Notes under the pieces: generated by a model
The model's database searches: none
Told to the model about the DNA's origin: nothing
Seen by the model: the letters and a program-made list of their open reading frames with translations, nothing else
DNA from: an uncultured bacterium
Lineage (GTDB): Bacteria; Omnitrophota; Gorgyraeia; Ghiorseimicrobiales; Ghiorseimicrobiaceae
Reading direction: 5' to 3'
Assembly: GCA_913009335.1 (NCBI GenBank)
Contig: CAJVXN010000002.1
Span: forward strand, 11,981 to 75,980
DNA: 64,000 nucleotides
Shown: positions 56,408 through 64,000 of the stretch, piece after piece
Position numbering within the stretch: the stretch's first letter is position 1
Layout: each line of letters begins with the position of its first letter
Program-made: the position numbers and the translations under genes

Positions 56408-57177
56408 TTTATTATTTCAATCCTTTCGACTTCAATGAGAGGGATTTTTTGATTTTTTCCATCGACTACTTTTCCGAAAATATTTACATCATAGCCGATA
56501 AATCGGTTTAAGGATTTTCGGTCCCCTTTTAAGTAATATTTTAACTTTCCATCAATAACTAATTTATGGCTTCCTTTTCGCCTGAAGAATATACCCATTG
56601 CGCGAATTTTACCTTGAGCCATTGGTTCAGGCTTAATTTCTTCTTTTGCTGCGACTTTAATCGTATTTTCTTCTGTATTTAGAGGCGCAACTATAACTTC
56701 CGGATCAGGCGCGCAGCGCTTCACAAATTTTTTATGCAGCCAGCCAAAGGCTACATTGTCTACACCTGTGATTTCATACCATTCAGGATGAGCTTTAATT
56801 ACTGTAACTATATAGCCAGTATTGATTTTACCGATTATAGAGGCATTTTCACTTGGCTTTGCTCGTAGATTGACGCGGTTGCCCGTAATAGTACCTTTTT
56901 TCGCATGCGTACGTTTTAGAAACTTAACGTTAATAAAACAGCTAGTTGTTTTGGGTAGGGCTATTTTATACCAATCGTATCTTTGAGTGAGTATTTTGAC
57001 CTTTGTTTCCTTTTGAAGCTTATCGAGTGATTCGTAGTTTGTGCTTGGTCCGGCGCGTAGATTGATATCGTTTGAGGTAATCTTTCCCGGAAAAGGAAAT
57101 TCGAAAGCATTTGCATTCGAGGTCAATGCAAATATTAAAGCCACCACACTGAACCATTTTTTTATGTTCATAATCAT
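56404..57177 (-). CDS. Secreted tandem bacterial SH3-domain protein
   Basis: Two INLRAGPS / VNLRAKPS...WY.I repeats; the ORF-track start at 57255 lies inside a repeat element. Confidence 0.85.
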   Translation of the reverse strand: MIMNIKKWFSVVALIFALTSNANAFEFPFPGKITSNDINLRAGPSTNYESLDKLQKETKVKILTQRYDWYKIALPKTTSCFINVKFLKRTHAKKGTITGNRVNLRAKPSENASIIGKINTGYIVTVIKAHPEWYEITGVDNVAFGWLHKKFVKRCAPDPEVIVAPLNTEENTIKVAAKEEIKPEPMAQGKIRAMGIFFRRKGSHKLVIDGKLKYYLKGDRKSLNRFIGYDVNIFGKVVDGKNQKIPLIEVERIEIIK

Positions 57178-57195
57178 TGCTGTCCAAATAAAACC

Positions 57196-57268
57196 GTCAT
57201 TACCCGGTTTAACCGGGTAATCCAGTTTTTTCTCGACGCTGGATTCCCCGATCAAGTCGGGGAATGAC
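57196..57268. repeat. REP/RPE-like palindromic element
   Basis: GTCATTACCCGG..CCGGGTAATCCAG...CTGGATTCCCCGA..TCGGGGAATGAC double-hairpin architecture. Confidence 0.75.
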
Positions 57269-57285
57269 AGTGGGCGGAAGAGAAA

Positions 57286-57406
57286 TCCCGTTAGAGATAG
57301 GTCACCGGAGGTGACCGTCTAGCAAGCTAAAACCAGCGCATGACATTACAAATTCCTTAATCATAAATTCCTTAGATATATATTAGAGGTGTTATCTTTA
57401 ACGGGA
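57286..57406. mobile_element. MITE family A copy 7 (divergent)
   Basis: TCCCGTTAGAGATA...TATCTTTAACGGGA; hairpin GGTCACC-GGA-GGTGACC; TSD not intact. Confidence 0.75.
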
Positions 57407-57407
57407 T

Positions 57408-57686
57408 TTATTTTTTAGGGCCTGCAGCACCCTTTGCGGGCTTAGCTTGGCCGGCAGCGTCATTTGTACCTTCAGTGGCTGCTGCGCCTTCAGCAGTAGG
57501 AGCTTCCGTGATCTTTTCTTTTTTAAGTTTAAGTCTTACGGTTTTTATCTTAGGTAGGCCAATGACAGCGTTGCCTTCTTCCCAGAGTCCTTTTTCCATA
57601 AGGTGCTTTATGCGTTCAATGCGCTTTAGTACTGTTCGTTGCTGCTTTGTCTTTCCTAGTGAAACTAAAGATGGATGTAATGACAT
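57408..57686 (-). CDS. PVC-superphylum small basic protein (signature protein) with Ala-rich tail
   Basis: MSLHPSL......R.VLKR.ERI..L...G.W......GLPK; SD AGGAG. Confidence 0.8.
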   Translation of the reverse strand: MSLHPSLVSLGKTKQQRTVLKRIERIKHLMEKGLWEEGNAVIGLPKIKTVRLKLKKEKITEAPTAEGAAATEGTNDAAGQAKPAKGAAGPKK

Positions 57687-57774
57687 GTCTTTCTCCTTCA
57701 TTGAGCACATAAGTTACGGAAGCTAAGCTGACGTAACTTATAAGTGCGAAGTGAACCCCGCCAAAGGCGGGGTA

Positions 57775-58335
57775 TTACAGTTTTCGTATAAGGCAATCAT
57801 TGTAAAGCCGTTTTAATTTTTTCTGACTTATTTTCGCCTTATCTTTATTGTTAAACATTCCCACGCAAACAATTACATATTTATTTTTCGGTATAACATA
57901 GGCAGTAAAGCCTTTTCTCTCTAAGGTTAACTTTTCTTTCTCGGCAGATGTTTTATTTTTAAATGAGGCAACTTGAACAGTATAGCCTTTAAAGTCAGCT
58001 AGGTTTCTGCGTATTTTGTTTTTTGGTTGTTTTGTTTCTATTCTGGAATTTGCTTTTTTTATCGGTTCTTTGCCTATTACTTTATTGGTTGTTATCGTAC
58101 TCGGGATCTGGATTACGTTTGAATTATTATCAACTGTTTGTATTTTTCTGCCCTTTTCTATTCCCAAAGCATAGGATACAATAAAAATAACTAAAAAGCA
58201 GATTCCAAGAATAATATTTTTCTCATAGGGAGCGATCTTTTCAAAAAACGATCCCTGTATGCGTTTTTTAGGCGTTGTATTCTTCACATGCGGTGTAAAC
58301 AGTTCGAGTTGTGTAGGTTTATTCTTAGTAAACAT
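57775..58335 (-). CDS. SPOR-domain membrane protein
   Basis: One TM; YTVQVASF...A......L...GF....V.VG.F. Confidence 0.85.
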   Translation of the reverse strand: MFTKNKPTQLELFTPHVKNTTPKKRIQGSFFEKIAPYEKNIILGICFLVIFIVSYALGIEKGRKIQTVDNNSNVIQIPSTITTNKVIGKEPIKKANSRIETKQPKNKIRRNLADFKGYTVQVASFKNKTSAEKEKLTLERKGFTAYVIPKNKYVIVCVGMFNNKDKAKISQKKLKRLYNDCLIRKL

Positions 58336-58359
58336 AGCTTATCTATTATATAACGAGGA

Positions 58360-59415
58360 CTATTTCAACTGCAAGTATTTTTTTGACTTTTTGGCGACGC
58401 GCATAAGGGCATCGACTACTTTCGGGTCGAATTGAGTTCCGCTGTTATTCTGTATTTCTTTTAGGGCTCTATTAATAGAGATCCTTTCTTTGTATGCCCG
58501 GCCGTAGACCATTGCTTCAAAGGCATCGGCAACAGCCATGATACGTGCGCCTATGGGGATTTGCCTTTTCCTGAGTCCGGATGGGTATCCTGTGCCATCA
58601 TATTTTTCGTGATGGTACATGATTATGGGAAGTGCGGGACGTAAAACTTGCAGATGCTTGATTATCTTAACTCCTTTTAAGGGGTGGTGTTTGATGATAT
58701 CGAATTCCTGGCATGTTAATTTAGAAGGTTTGGCTAAGATTTCGACCGGTATGTCGATTTTTCCTGCATCGTGCAGCAGGGTTGCGTATTCAAGGCTGCA
58801 TGTTTGTCTTTCGTTTAAGTTCATCTCGCGCGCGATAGTTAGTACCATACGTAGGAATTTAGTTGTATGGGTATATGAGCGGGATGTGCCGATGTCCATT
58901 AAGGTCACAAGCGATTTTATGCTCCCTAGTATTATTTTTTGTTGTTCATCGTAGAGCTGGAGATTTCTTACTGCCATAACAGCTTGCGTGCATATATTGA
59001 TAAGCATTTCCTGATCGAATGACTCAAAGGGCATCTTTTTTGAATTGCGCTTTACGATTAAGAAGCCTATGACATCTTCGGAGATTAAGGGTATGCCCAT
59101 AATTGTGCCGTTACGCACGGAATTTCCGGAACGAATAATTTTTAATTCCATTCGGTTCTTAATCAAGCTTTTTTTCTCAACTATGTATTTTCGCTTAGGA
59201 GTTATAAACGCCCTTAAGTTTGAATATCTTTTGTTGGGATTAAGCAGGGATACTGAACAGTATTCCGCGTCCATAATTTGCGCGGTAAGGCGAGATAACC
59301 TCAATATAAGATTTTTTAAATCAAACGTAGAATTGATAAGACGGTAAACAGTATGCATTGCGGAAAATGCCGTCTTATACTTTCTCGTAAGGGTCGAAGA
59401 GTTTTTTGTGCTCAT
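58360..59415 (-). CDS. GAF + HD-GYP cyclic di-nucleotide phosphodiesterase
   Basis: LLHDAGK, HHEKYDGTGYP, ARI.AVAD.F.AM, GTQFDP. Confidence 0.9.
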   Translation of the reverse strand: MSTKNSSTLTRKYKTAFSAMHTVYRLINSTFDLKNLILRLSRLTAQIMDAEYCSVSLLNPNKRYSNLRAFITPKRKYIVEKKSLIKNRMELKIIRSGNSVRNGTIMGIPLISEDVIGFLIVKRNSKKMPFESFDQEMLINICTQAVMAVRNLQLYDEQQKIILGSIKSLVTLMDIGTSRSYTHTTKFLRMVLTIAREMNLNERQTCSLEYATLLHDAGKIDIPVEILAKPSKLTCQEFDIIKHHPLKGVKIIKHLQVLRPALPIIMYHHEKYDGTGYPSGLRKRQIPIGARIMAVADAFEAMVYGRAYKERISINRALKEIQNNSGTQFDPKVVDALMRVAKKSKKYLQLK

Positions 59416-60529
59416 TTAATGCGCCTCTATCAGTCATGCCTGCGATGTAATCACATATCGTACGCCTTAATGACGTGGATGAATCTTTCGGCCTTGCTGA
59501 GTCTGGTAGTTGTTCTGGGTTTAGAAGATATTCGTTAAATAGTTCCTTGATAAAACGCTTTGCTTTGTGTGACATCCGTACGACCCGGTAATGCCGGTAC
59601 AGATTATCCATTAAAAAATTTCGCAACGGAATACGCTCTTTCTGCAATTTTTTGCTAAATACAATCATTTTGTATTTTAGGCTTCTGGTCTGAGCCGATG
59701 ATTTTAAGTTTGAATCAAGCAGCTTCTTTTCCGATTCCGATATTATATCTGTTACTTGTAAATCAATCAATGATTTTATTGCTTGGTATTTGTGCTGGGC
59801 ATCGTTTAGCTTTCCGTATTTGTTGTTTATATCCTTAGATATTTTTGCCCATAGGCCGATTTTTTCCAGTTCTTTCTCACTTAACAGGCCGGAAGTAATT
59901 CCGTCGTCTAAGTCATGGTTATTATAGGCGATTTCATCGGCGATGTCTACAACCTGCGTCTCAAGCGTAGGTTGTAAATTTGGTTTTAATTCCTTAATGT
60001 TTTGTTTTCTATCATATATCGTAGAATGTTTGACTATTCCCTCTCTTACTTCCCAGGTTAGGTTTAATCCCTTAAATTTAGGATAACGTCTTTCCAGTAC
60101 ATCGACTACGCGCAGGCCCTGCATGTTATGATCGAATCCGCCGTATTTACGCATTAATTCTCTTAATGTTTCTTCTCCCGCGTGTCCAAAAGGAGTATGT
60201 CCTAAATCATGCGCAAGGGCGATAGCTTCAACCAGGTCTGCATTAAGGCGTAAGGCAGTTGCGATAGTTCGTGCAATTTGAGCGACCTCAATTGTGTGGG
60301 TTAAGCGTGTTCGGTAGTAGTCTCCTTCGTGGTTAACAAACACTTGAGTTTTATATTCCAGTGAGCGAAATGCCGCCGAATGAATAACTCTATCACGGTC
60401 ACGCTGGTAGCATGAGCGATAAAGATGCTCTTCTTCTTTTATTTTTCTGCCGTGAGAATCTTTGCTCTTTGCGGCATAGGGGGATAAATATTTATCTTCG
60501 AATTGTTCAATTTCTTTTCGTGTTAACAT
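59375..60529 (-). CDS. dgt: Deoxyguanosinetriphosphate triphosphohydrolase
   Basis: RDRDR..HS..FR.L..KTQVF, RTRLTH, HDLGHTPFGH.GE, DYIAGMTD. Confidence 0.95.
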   Translation of the reverse strand: MLTRKEIEQFEDKYLSPYAAKSKDSHGRKIKEEEHLYRSCYQRDRDRVIHSAAFRSLEYKTQVFVNHEGDYYRTRLTHTIEVAQIARTIATALRLNADLVEAIALAHDLGHTPFGHAGEETLRELMRKYGGFDHNMQGLRVVDVLERRYPKFKGLNLTWEVREGIVKHSTIYDRKQNIKELKPNLQPTLETQVVDIADEIAYNNHDLDDGITSGLLSEKELEKIGLWAKISKDINNKYGKLNDAQHKYQAIKSLIDLQVTDIISESEKKLLDSNLKSSAQTRSLKYKMIVFSKKLQKERIPLRNFLMDNLYRHYRVVRMSHKAKRFIKELFNEYLLNPEQLPDSARPKDSSTSLRRTICDYIAGMTDRGALNEHKKLFDPYEKV

Positions 60530-60574
60530 ATAATTAAGCTTTAAGAGGCGTTTTTGGCGATATTATTTTCACGC

Positions 60575-61111
60575 TTATTTTGCAGCGCGATTTTTTAATT
60601 TTTGAGTTTTTATAATTTCACTATTTAATGCATCGTAAAGTGATTTTAACGATTGAGAAATAACTTTTGTTTTGGAAATAACAGGCATAAAATTCGTATC
60701 TCCGATCCAGCGCGGTACAATGTGAATATGCATATGTCCGGGGATACCTGCACCGGCAATTTTACCGAGGTTTATTCCGATATTGTATCCTTGCGAGTTA
60801 AGGGTTTTCGTCAGGGTTGTTTGCATGAAGGATGTAGTTTTTATTAGGTCCAGTATTTCGCTATCTTTTAAATCCGAAAAATTCTTTACATGGCGGTACG
60901 GGGTGACCATCAAGTGGCCGTTGTTATAGGGGAATAAATTAATCATTACAAAACAAAGCTTAGATCTAAAGACTACAAAATTTTTCCGGTCATATTTTTT
61001 CTGATCCGTCTTCAAAGAATATATCTTTTTTGCGCGGCAGAAAAGACAATGTTTATTTTTGAGATGATTTTTTATATAAGTTATGCGCCAGGGGGCCCAA
61101 AGTTTATTCAT
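60575..61111 (-). CDS. HIT family hydrolase
   Basis: LWAPWR, CLFC, N.FPYNNGH, AGAGI..HMHIH..PRW.GD.NF. Confidence 0.93.
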   Translation of the reverse strand: MNKLWAPWRITYIKNHLKNKHCLFCRAKKIYSLKTDQKKYDRKNFVVFRSKLCFVMINLFPYNNGHLMVTPYRHVKNFSDLKDSEILDLIKTTSFMQTTLTKTLNSQGYNIGINLGKIAGAGIPGHMHIHIVPRWIGDTNFMPVISKTKVISQSLKSLYDALNSEIIKTQKLKNRAAK

Positions 61112-61595
61112 TATCTAATTTTATGATTTCGGCGTGAATGTTATTATTTATTTTTAAAATGCCGCACGAGTTATATGGCGAAAAAAATGTATCCGTGGGG
61201 CTTCCCGGATTAAAAAATAGTGTTTCTCCTCTTTTTTCATTGAAAGGGCGATGCGAGTGCCCAAAAACAATCACGTCTATATTCCGGTCAAATTCGCCTT
61301 TTACAAAATCCAATAAATAACTAGGATGTCCGCTGCCGTGAATTATTCCGATTGAAAAATTACCTATTTTAAGCACCTCTTTTTTAGGTAATTTTACGCA
61401 GGTTTGCTGCGAATCCATATTTCCGCAGACAGCTTTTACTTCGGCAATCTTGGATAATTTATCAAGCACATCTAGAGAGGTTAGATCTCCCGCGTGAATA
61501 ATTAAATCTACATCTTTAAAGATTTTAAAGATCTGCTTAGGGAGTTTATCGGTGCGCTCGGGTATGTGTGTATCTGAAATAACTCCAATAATCAT
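61104..61595 (-). CDS. YfcE-like metallophosphoesterase
   Basis: SDTH, HAGD, GNMD, HG, GHSH, NPGS. Confidence 0.93.
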   Translation of the reverse strand: MIIGVISDTHIPERTDKLPKQIFKIFKDVDLIIHAGDLTSLDVLDKLSKIAEVKAVCGNMDSQQTCVKLPKKEVLKIGNFSIGIIHGSGHPSYLLDFVKGEFDRNIDVIVFGHSHRPFNEKRGETLFFNPGSPTDTFFSPYNSCGILKINNNIHAEIIKLDNE

Positions 61596-61599
61596 ATAA

Positions 61600-61692
61600 T
61601 CCCGGATTTTGCTATTGCAAAATCCGTCCGTAGGGCCGCCAAGAAAAATCTCATCGAGATTTTTCGTAATGGCGGGGTAATCTTAAATTTTG
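61600..61692 (-). repeat. ~90 bp structured dispersed repeat (family B) copy 2
   Basis: Reverse-complement homologue of 20092-20183 with covarying hairpins. Confidence 0.7.
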
Positions 61693-61735
61693 TACGCGCT
61701 TTGGTCACCTACTTACAATCTTATGTTTGTTTATA

Positions 61736-63349
61736 TTAGACGAATATATTAGGCCTTTTGTAAAGTTTCAATAGAGTATTTAAGTCTTGCGTTTGCCAGG
61801 TTATGATTTTTTCCTGAAGAGCTTTTAGTTTCGCGTTTGTCTCTATCGCATTTAAAGTTATTATGATTCTACGCTGTGACCGCGGATGCCCGTAGGTTTT
61901 ACAAACGGATATAAATTCCGCGACATCTGCTGGTGTTATGACATCTTTTTTAATAGCTATAATCCAGGGCATATCAACTGACTTGGCTAGTACTAGCGCA
62001 TCAAAATTTTTAGCGTTATATTGTAATGGTTTTATTTCTTTAAAATGCGAAAGAATAATTTTTTTTCTTTCGATTATAATTGATTCATTAGCGAATAGGT
62101 TAAACAGCTCGATTATCCTATCAATCACATTTTTTTGTAGATGCGATGAAAATGAATCGATTATTTTTGCGATAGCCTCTCTAAAGTTGATTCGTAACAG
62201 CTCCGGATTAACATAATCAATTTCGCTTTTTATCTTATAGATAAGCTCTATCCAGAGAGTCAATGCTTTATCTGTAATATATAAAGTATCGCCATTCTTT
62301 GCTATGATGCCTCTATCGTAAAATCGCGATAATTTTTGCTGGACTATTTTTGTGCTCTTATTTAGATATTTTGCGAGAGTCTTAGATTTATTGTTGCCTG
62401 CAATTATCGCTGATAAAATTTCGATAGATGGTTCATCTTTTCGGTCCGTCGAATCTCTAGTAAAAAGATTCCTAAATTGCTGATTAAGTATACCCCATTT
62501 ATTGAACAGCAAATTTTCAAATGCGGTAATAAAAGTGTTTTCGCTTATGAGGTTTTCTTGCTGCGCGCGCGCAGCAATATTTAATTGATGGCACAATCTA
62601 TCCAAATAAAATGGATTGCCAAGGGTAAAATCAATAAGAAATTTTTTATGAATGTCGCTTATTTGTACGTTTAGATATTGCTGAATAAACCTGTTACTTG
62701 TGTGTGTTGTATAGGGTTTTATTTCTAAGACTTCAAAATTACCGAACAAGAGGGATAATCCGTGAGCGAGTATGTCTTTAGCGCGCGCAACGGATGAACT
62801 TGCGATTAAATACATTGTATTTTTTTGAGTGATGATTTTTTTACCAATATCGCTAAAAATATTTTCACCGCCAATATCTTTTAACCTATGGAATTCATCA
62901 ATGATAAATACTGCCGGCTTATTCGTCTCTTCAAACAAAACTTTAGTCAATTCGAAAATTTCCAGAATTGCTGAGTTTGTTTTTTTCCGCTCGATATTAT
63001 GAATGATTGATTTAATTTTTGCTACAGTTCTAGGGATAAAAGCCTGGGATTTTTCCAGTAAATACGTGAAGTCATTATTCGTTTCGATGCTATGGCTTTT
63101 GAGAAAATTACGCAGTATTTGAATAGAGACACTATTAATTGTTTGGCGTAGGTTAGTAGCGTTAAGTAGTGTATATATTGGCACGATATCGCAACTTTCT
63201 ATATCAGCTAATACGTTGCGTAAAAGTATTGTCTTGCCCGTAAGCGGGCTGCCGATTAGAGCGATATTTTGGCGGTATCCGCTGGTAAGGCCTGCGACGC
63301 GTTTTTTTATTGTTCCGAGAATTTCTTCTCTCCCAAAAACTTTATCCAT
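61736..63349 (-). CDS. Archaeal-type ATPase (ATPase_2/STAND-like) with wHTH and degenerate restriction-fold C-terminus
   Basis: FGRE, GSPLTGKT Walker A, IIDEFH Walker B, G.PFYL. Confidence 0.75.
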   Translation of the reverse strand: MDKVFGREEILGTIKKRVAGLTSGYRQNIALIGSPLTGKTILLRNVLADIESCDIVPIYTLLNATNLRQTINSVSIQILRNFLKSHSIETNNDFTYLLEKSQAFIPRTVAKIKSIIHNIERKKTNSAILEIFELTKVLFEETNKPAVFIIDEFHRLKDIGGENIFSDIGKKIITQKNTMYLIASSSVARAKDILAHGLSLLFGNFEVLEIKPYTTHTSNRFIQQYLNVQISDIHKKFLIDFTLGNPFYLDRLCHQLNIAARAQQENLISENTFITAFENLLFNKWGILNQQFRNLFTRDSTDRKDEPSIEILSAIIAGNNKSKTLAKYLNKSTKIVQQKLSRFYDRGIIAKNGDTLYITDKALTLWIELIYKIKSEIDYVNPELLRINFREAIAKIIDSFSSHLQKNVIDRIIELFNLFANESIIIERKKIILSHFKEIKPLQYNAKNFDALVLAKSVDMPWIIAIKKDVITPADVAEFISVCKTYGHPRSQRRIIITLNAIETNAKLKALQEKIITWQTQDLNTLLKLYKRPNIFV

Positions 63350-63367
63350 TGGTTTTTAATAAATACT

Positions 63368-64000
63368 TTACGGTAAATAATAAAGGGGATTTTGGGCCCT
63401 ATTCCATCTTCTTACTTGAAAGTGTAGAATTGTTTCTGTTGCTCGGCCGCTAGACCCGGCTTTCGCAATCACAGTACCCTGGTTTACCTTGTCATTTATT
63501 TTTACTAAATTTTGCGAATTATGCGCATAGATAGTAACAAAGCCGTTGTTATGGTCAATTACGATGGTTTTTCCGTAACCTTTCAGATTTTCAGCACAGA
63601 AAGTAACAACCCCTCCGCGCGAACTTGCAATATTCGTACCATATTTTGTCTGTATATTAATGCCTTTATTCGTAATGCGATTATTTTTTTGATTAAAGTA
63701 AGAAATAATTTGACCTTTAACCGGCCATATGAAACTTGCATTGCTGTTTGATTTCGATGAAGCACGCAGTACGCTTTTCTTTTTTTTTACCCCCGGGATC
63801 AATAATTTTTGACCTACGCGTATTTTAGTCTTATCAGCTATTCTATTTACTTTAACGAGTTTTGTTAAGTCTACATTATAGACTTTGGAAATTCTCCAAA
63901 GTGTCTCCCCTTTTTTTACATTATGTATTATACCACGAACACGCGGCATTGGTTTAATTTCTAATGGGAGCCTGTTTCTTGCGGCACATCCGGTCATTAA
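63368..64000 (-). CDS. LysM + M23 peptidase-like (NlpD-like) lipoprotein, 5' end beyond the window
   Basis: HNVKKGETLWRIS LysM; FIWPVKG, GYG...IDH, YAH, LHF. Confidence 0.9.
   Translation of the reverse strand, partial: LMTGCAARNRLPLEIKPMPRVRGIIHNVKKGETLWRISKVYNVDLTKLVKVNRIADKTKIRVGQKLLIPGVKKKKSVLRASSKSNSNASFIWPVKGQIISYFNQKNNRITNKGINIQTKYGTNIASSRGGVVTFCAENLKGYGKTIVIDHNNGFVTIYAHNSQNLVKINDKVNQGTVIAKAGSSGRATETILHFQVRRWNRAQNPLYYLP

Noticed and set aside
897-63765. Many short plus-strand or alternative-frame ORFs in the track (e.g. 10786-11307, 27587-28060, 29550-29939, 40173-40643)
   Set aside because: They are antisense shadows of well-supported genes and have no recognisable motifs

Overview
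Low-GC bacterial window, almost entirely minus-strand operons. It is probably from a PVC-superphylum anaerobe such as Ca. Omnitrophota; this is inferred from the PVC signature small basic protein and the Wood-Ljungdahl genes. Left to right: (1) 0.6-20 kb, a PadR-associated aromatic type II PKS cluster (KSalpha, CLF, ACP, two cyclases, SDR, B12 radical SAM, MFS), co-oriented with a nucleoside phosphorylase / MtnA isomerase / aldolase-SCP2 / aldehyde dehydrogenase / acyl-CoA ligase module. (2) A tRNA cluster Thr-Tyr-(thyA)-Gly, in which tRNA-Tyr(GUA) carries a 247-nt group I intron inside the anticodon, plus a disrupted tRNA-Gly remnant. (3) Housekeeping genes nnrD, acpS, pdxJ, folP, ftsH, tilS. 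(4) A repeat-delimited accessory patch next to tRNA-Met. (5) acsC-acsV-cooC-acsD-acsE, fmdE-like, larB. (6) A bactofilin-HTH fusion, a rod-like ncRNA candidate and an HTH-TM gene. (7) mgtC, tsaD, ctpA, gatCAB. (8) An atypical chaperone-usher-like surface fibre locus, with a convergent c-di-GMP-riboswitch-controlled mini protein that looks like a lone donor strand. (9) A PIN toxin-antitoxin pair, aroB and further housekeeping genes. The window holds many small non-autonomous elements. The most notable is a 7-copy ~123 bp MITE family (TIR CCCCGTTAGAGATA, 4-bp TSD) that inserts into gene starts and ends and supplies replacement start, stop or SD signals. All product calls come from motif recognition by eye; no searches were run.
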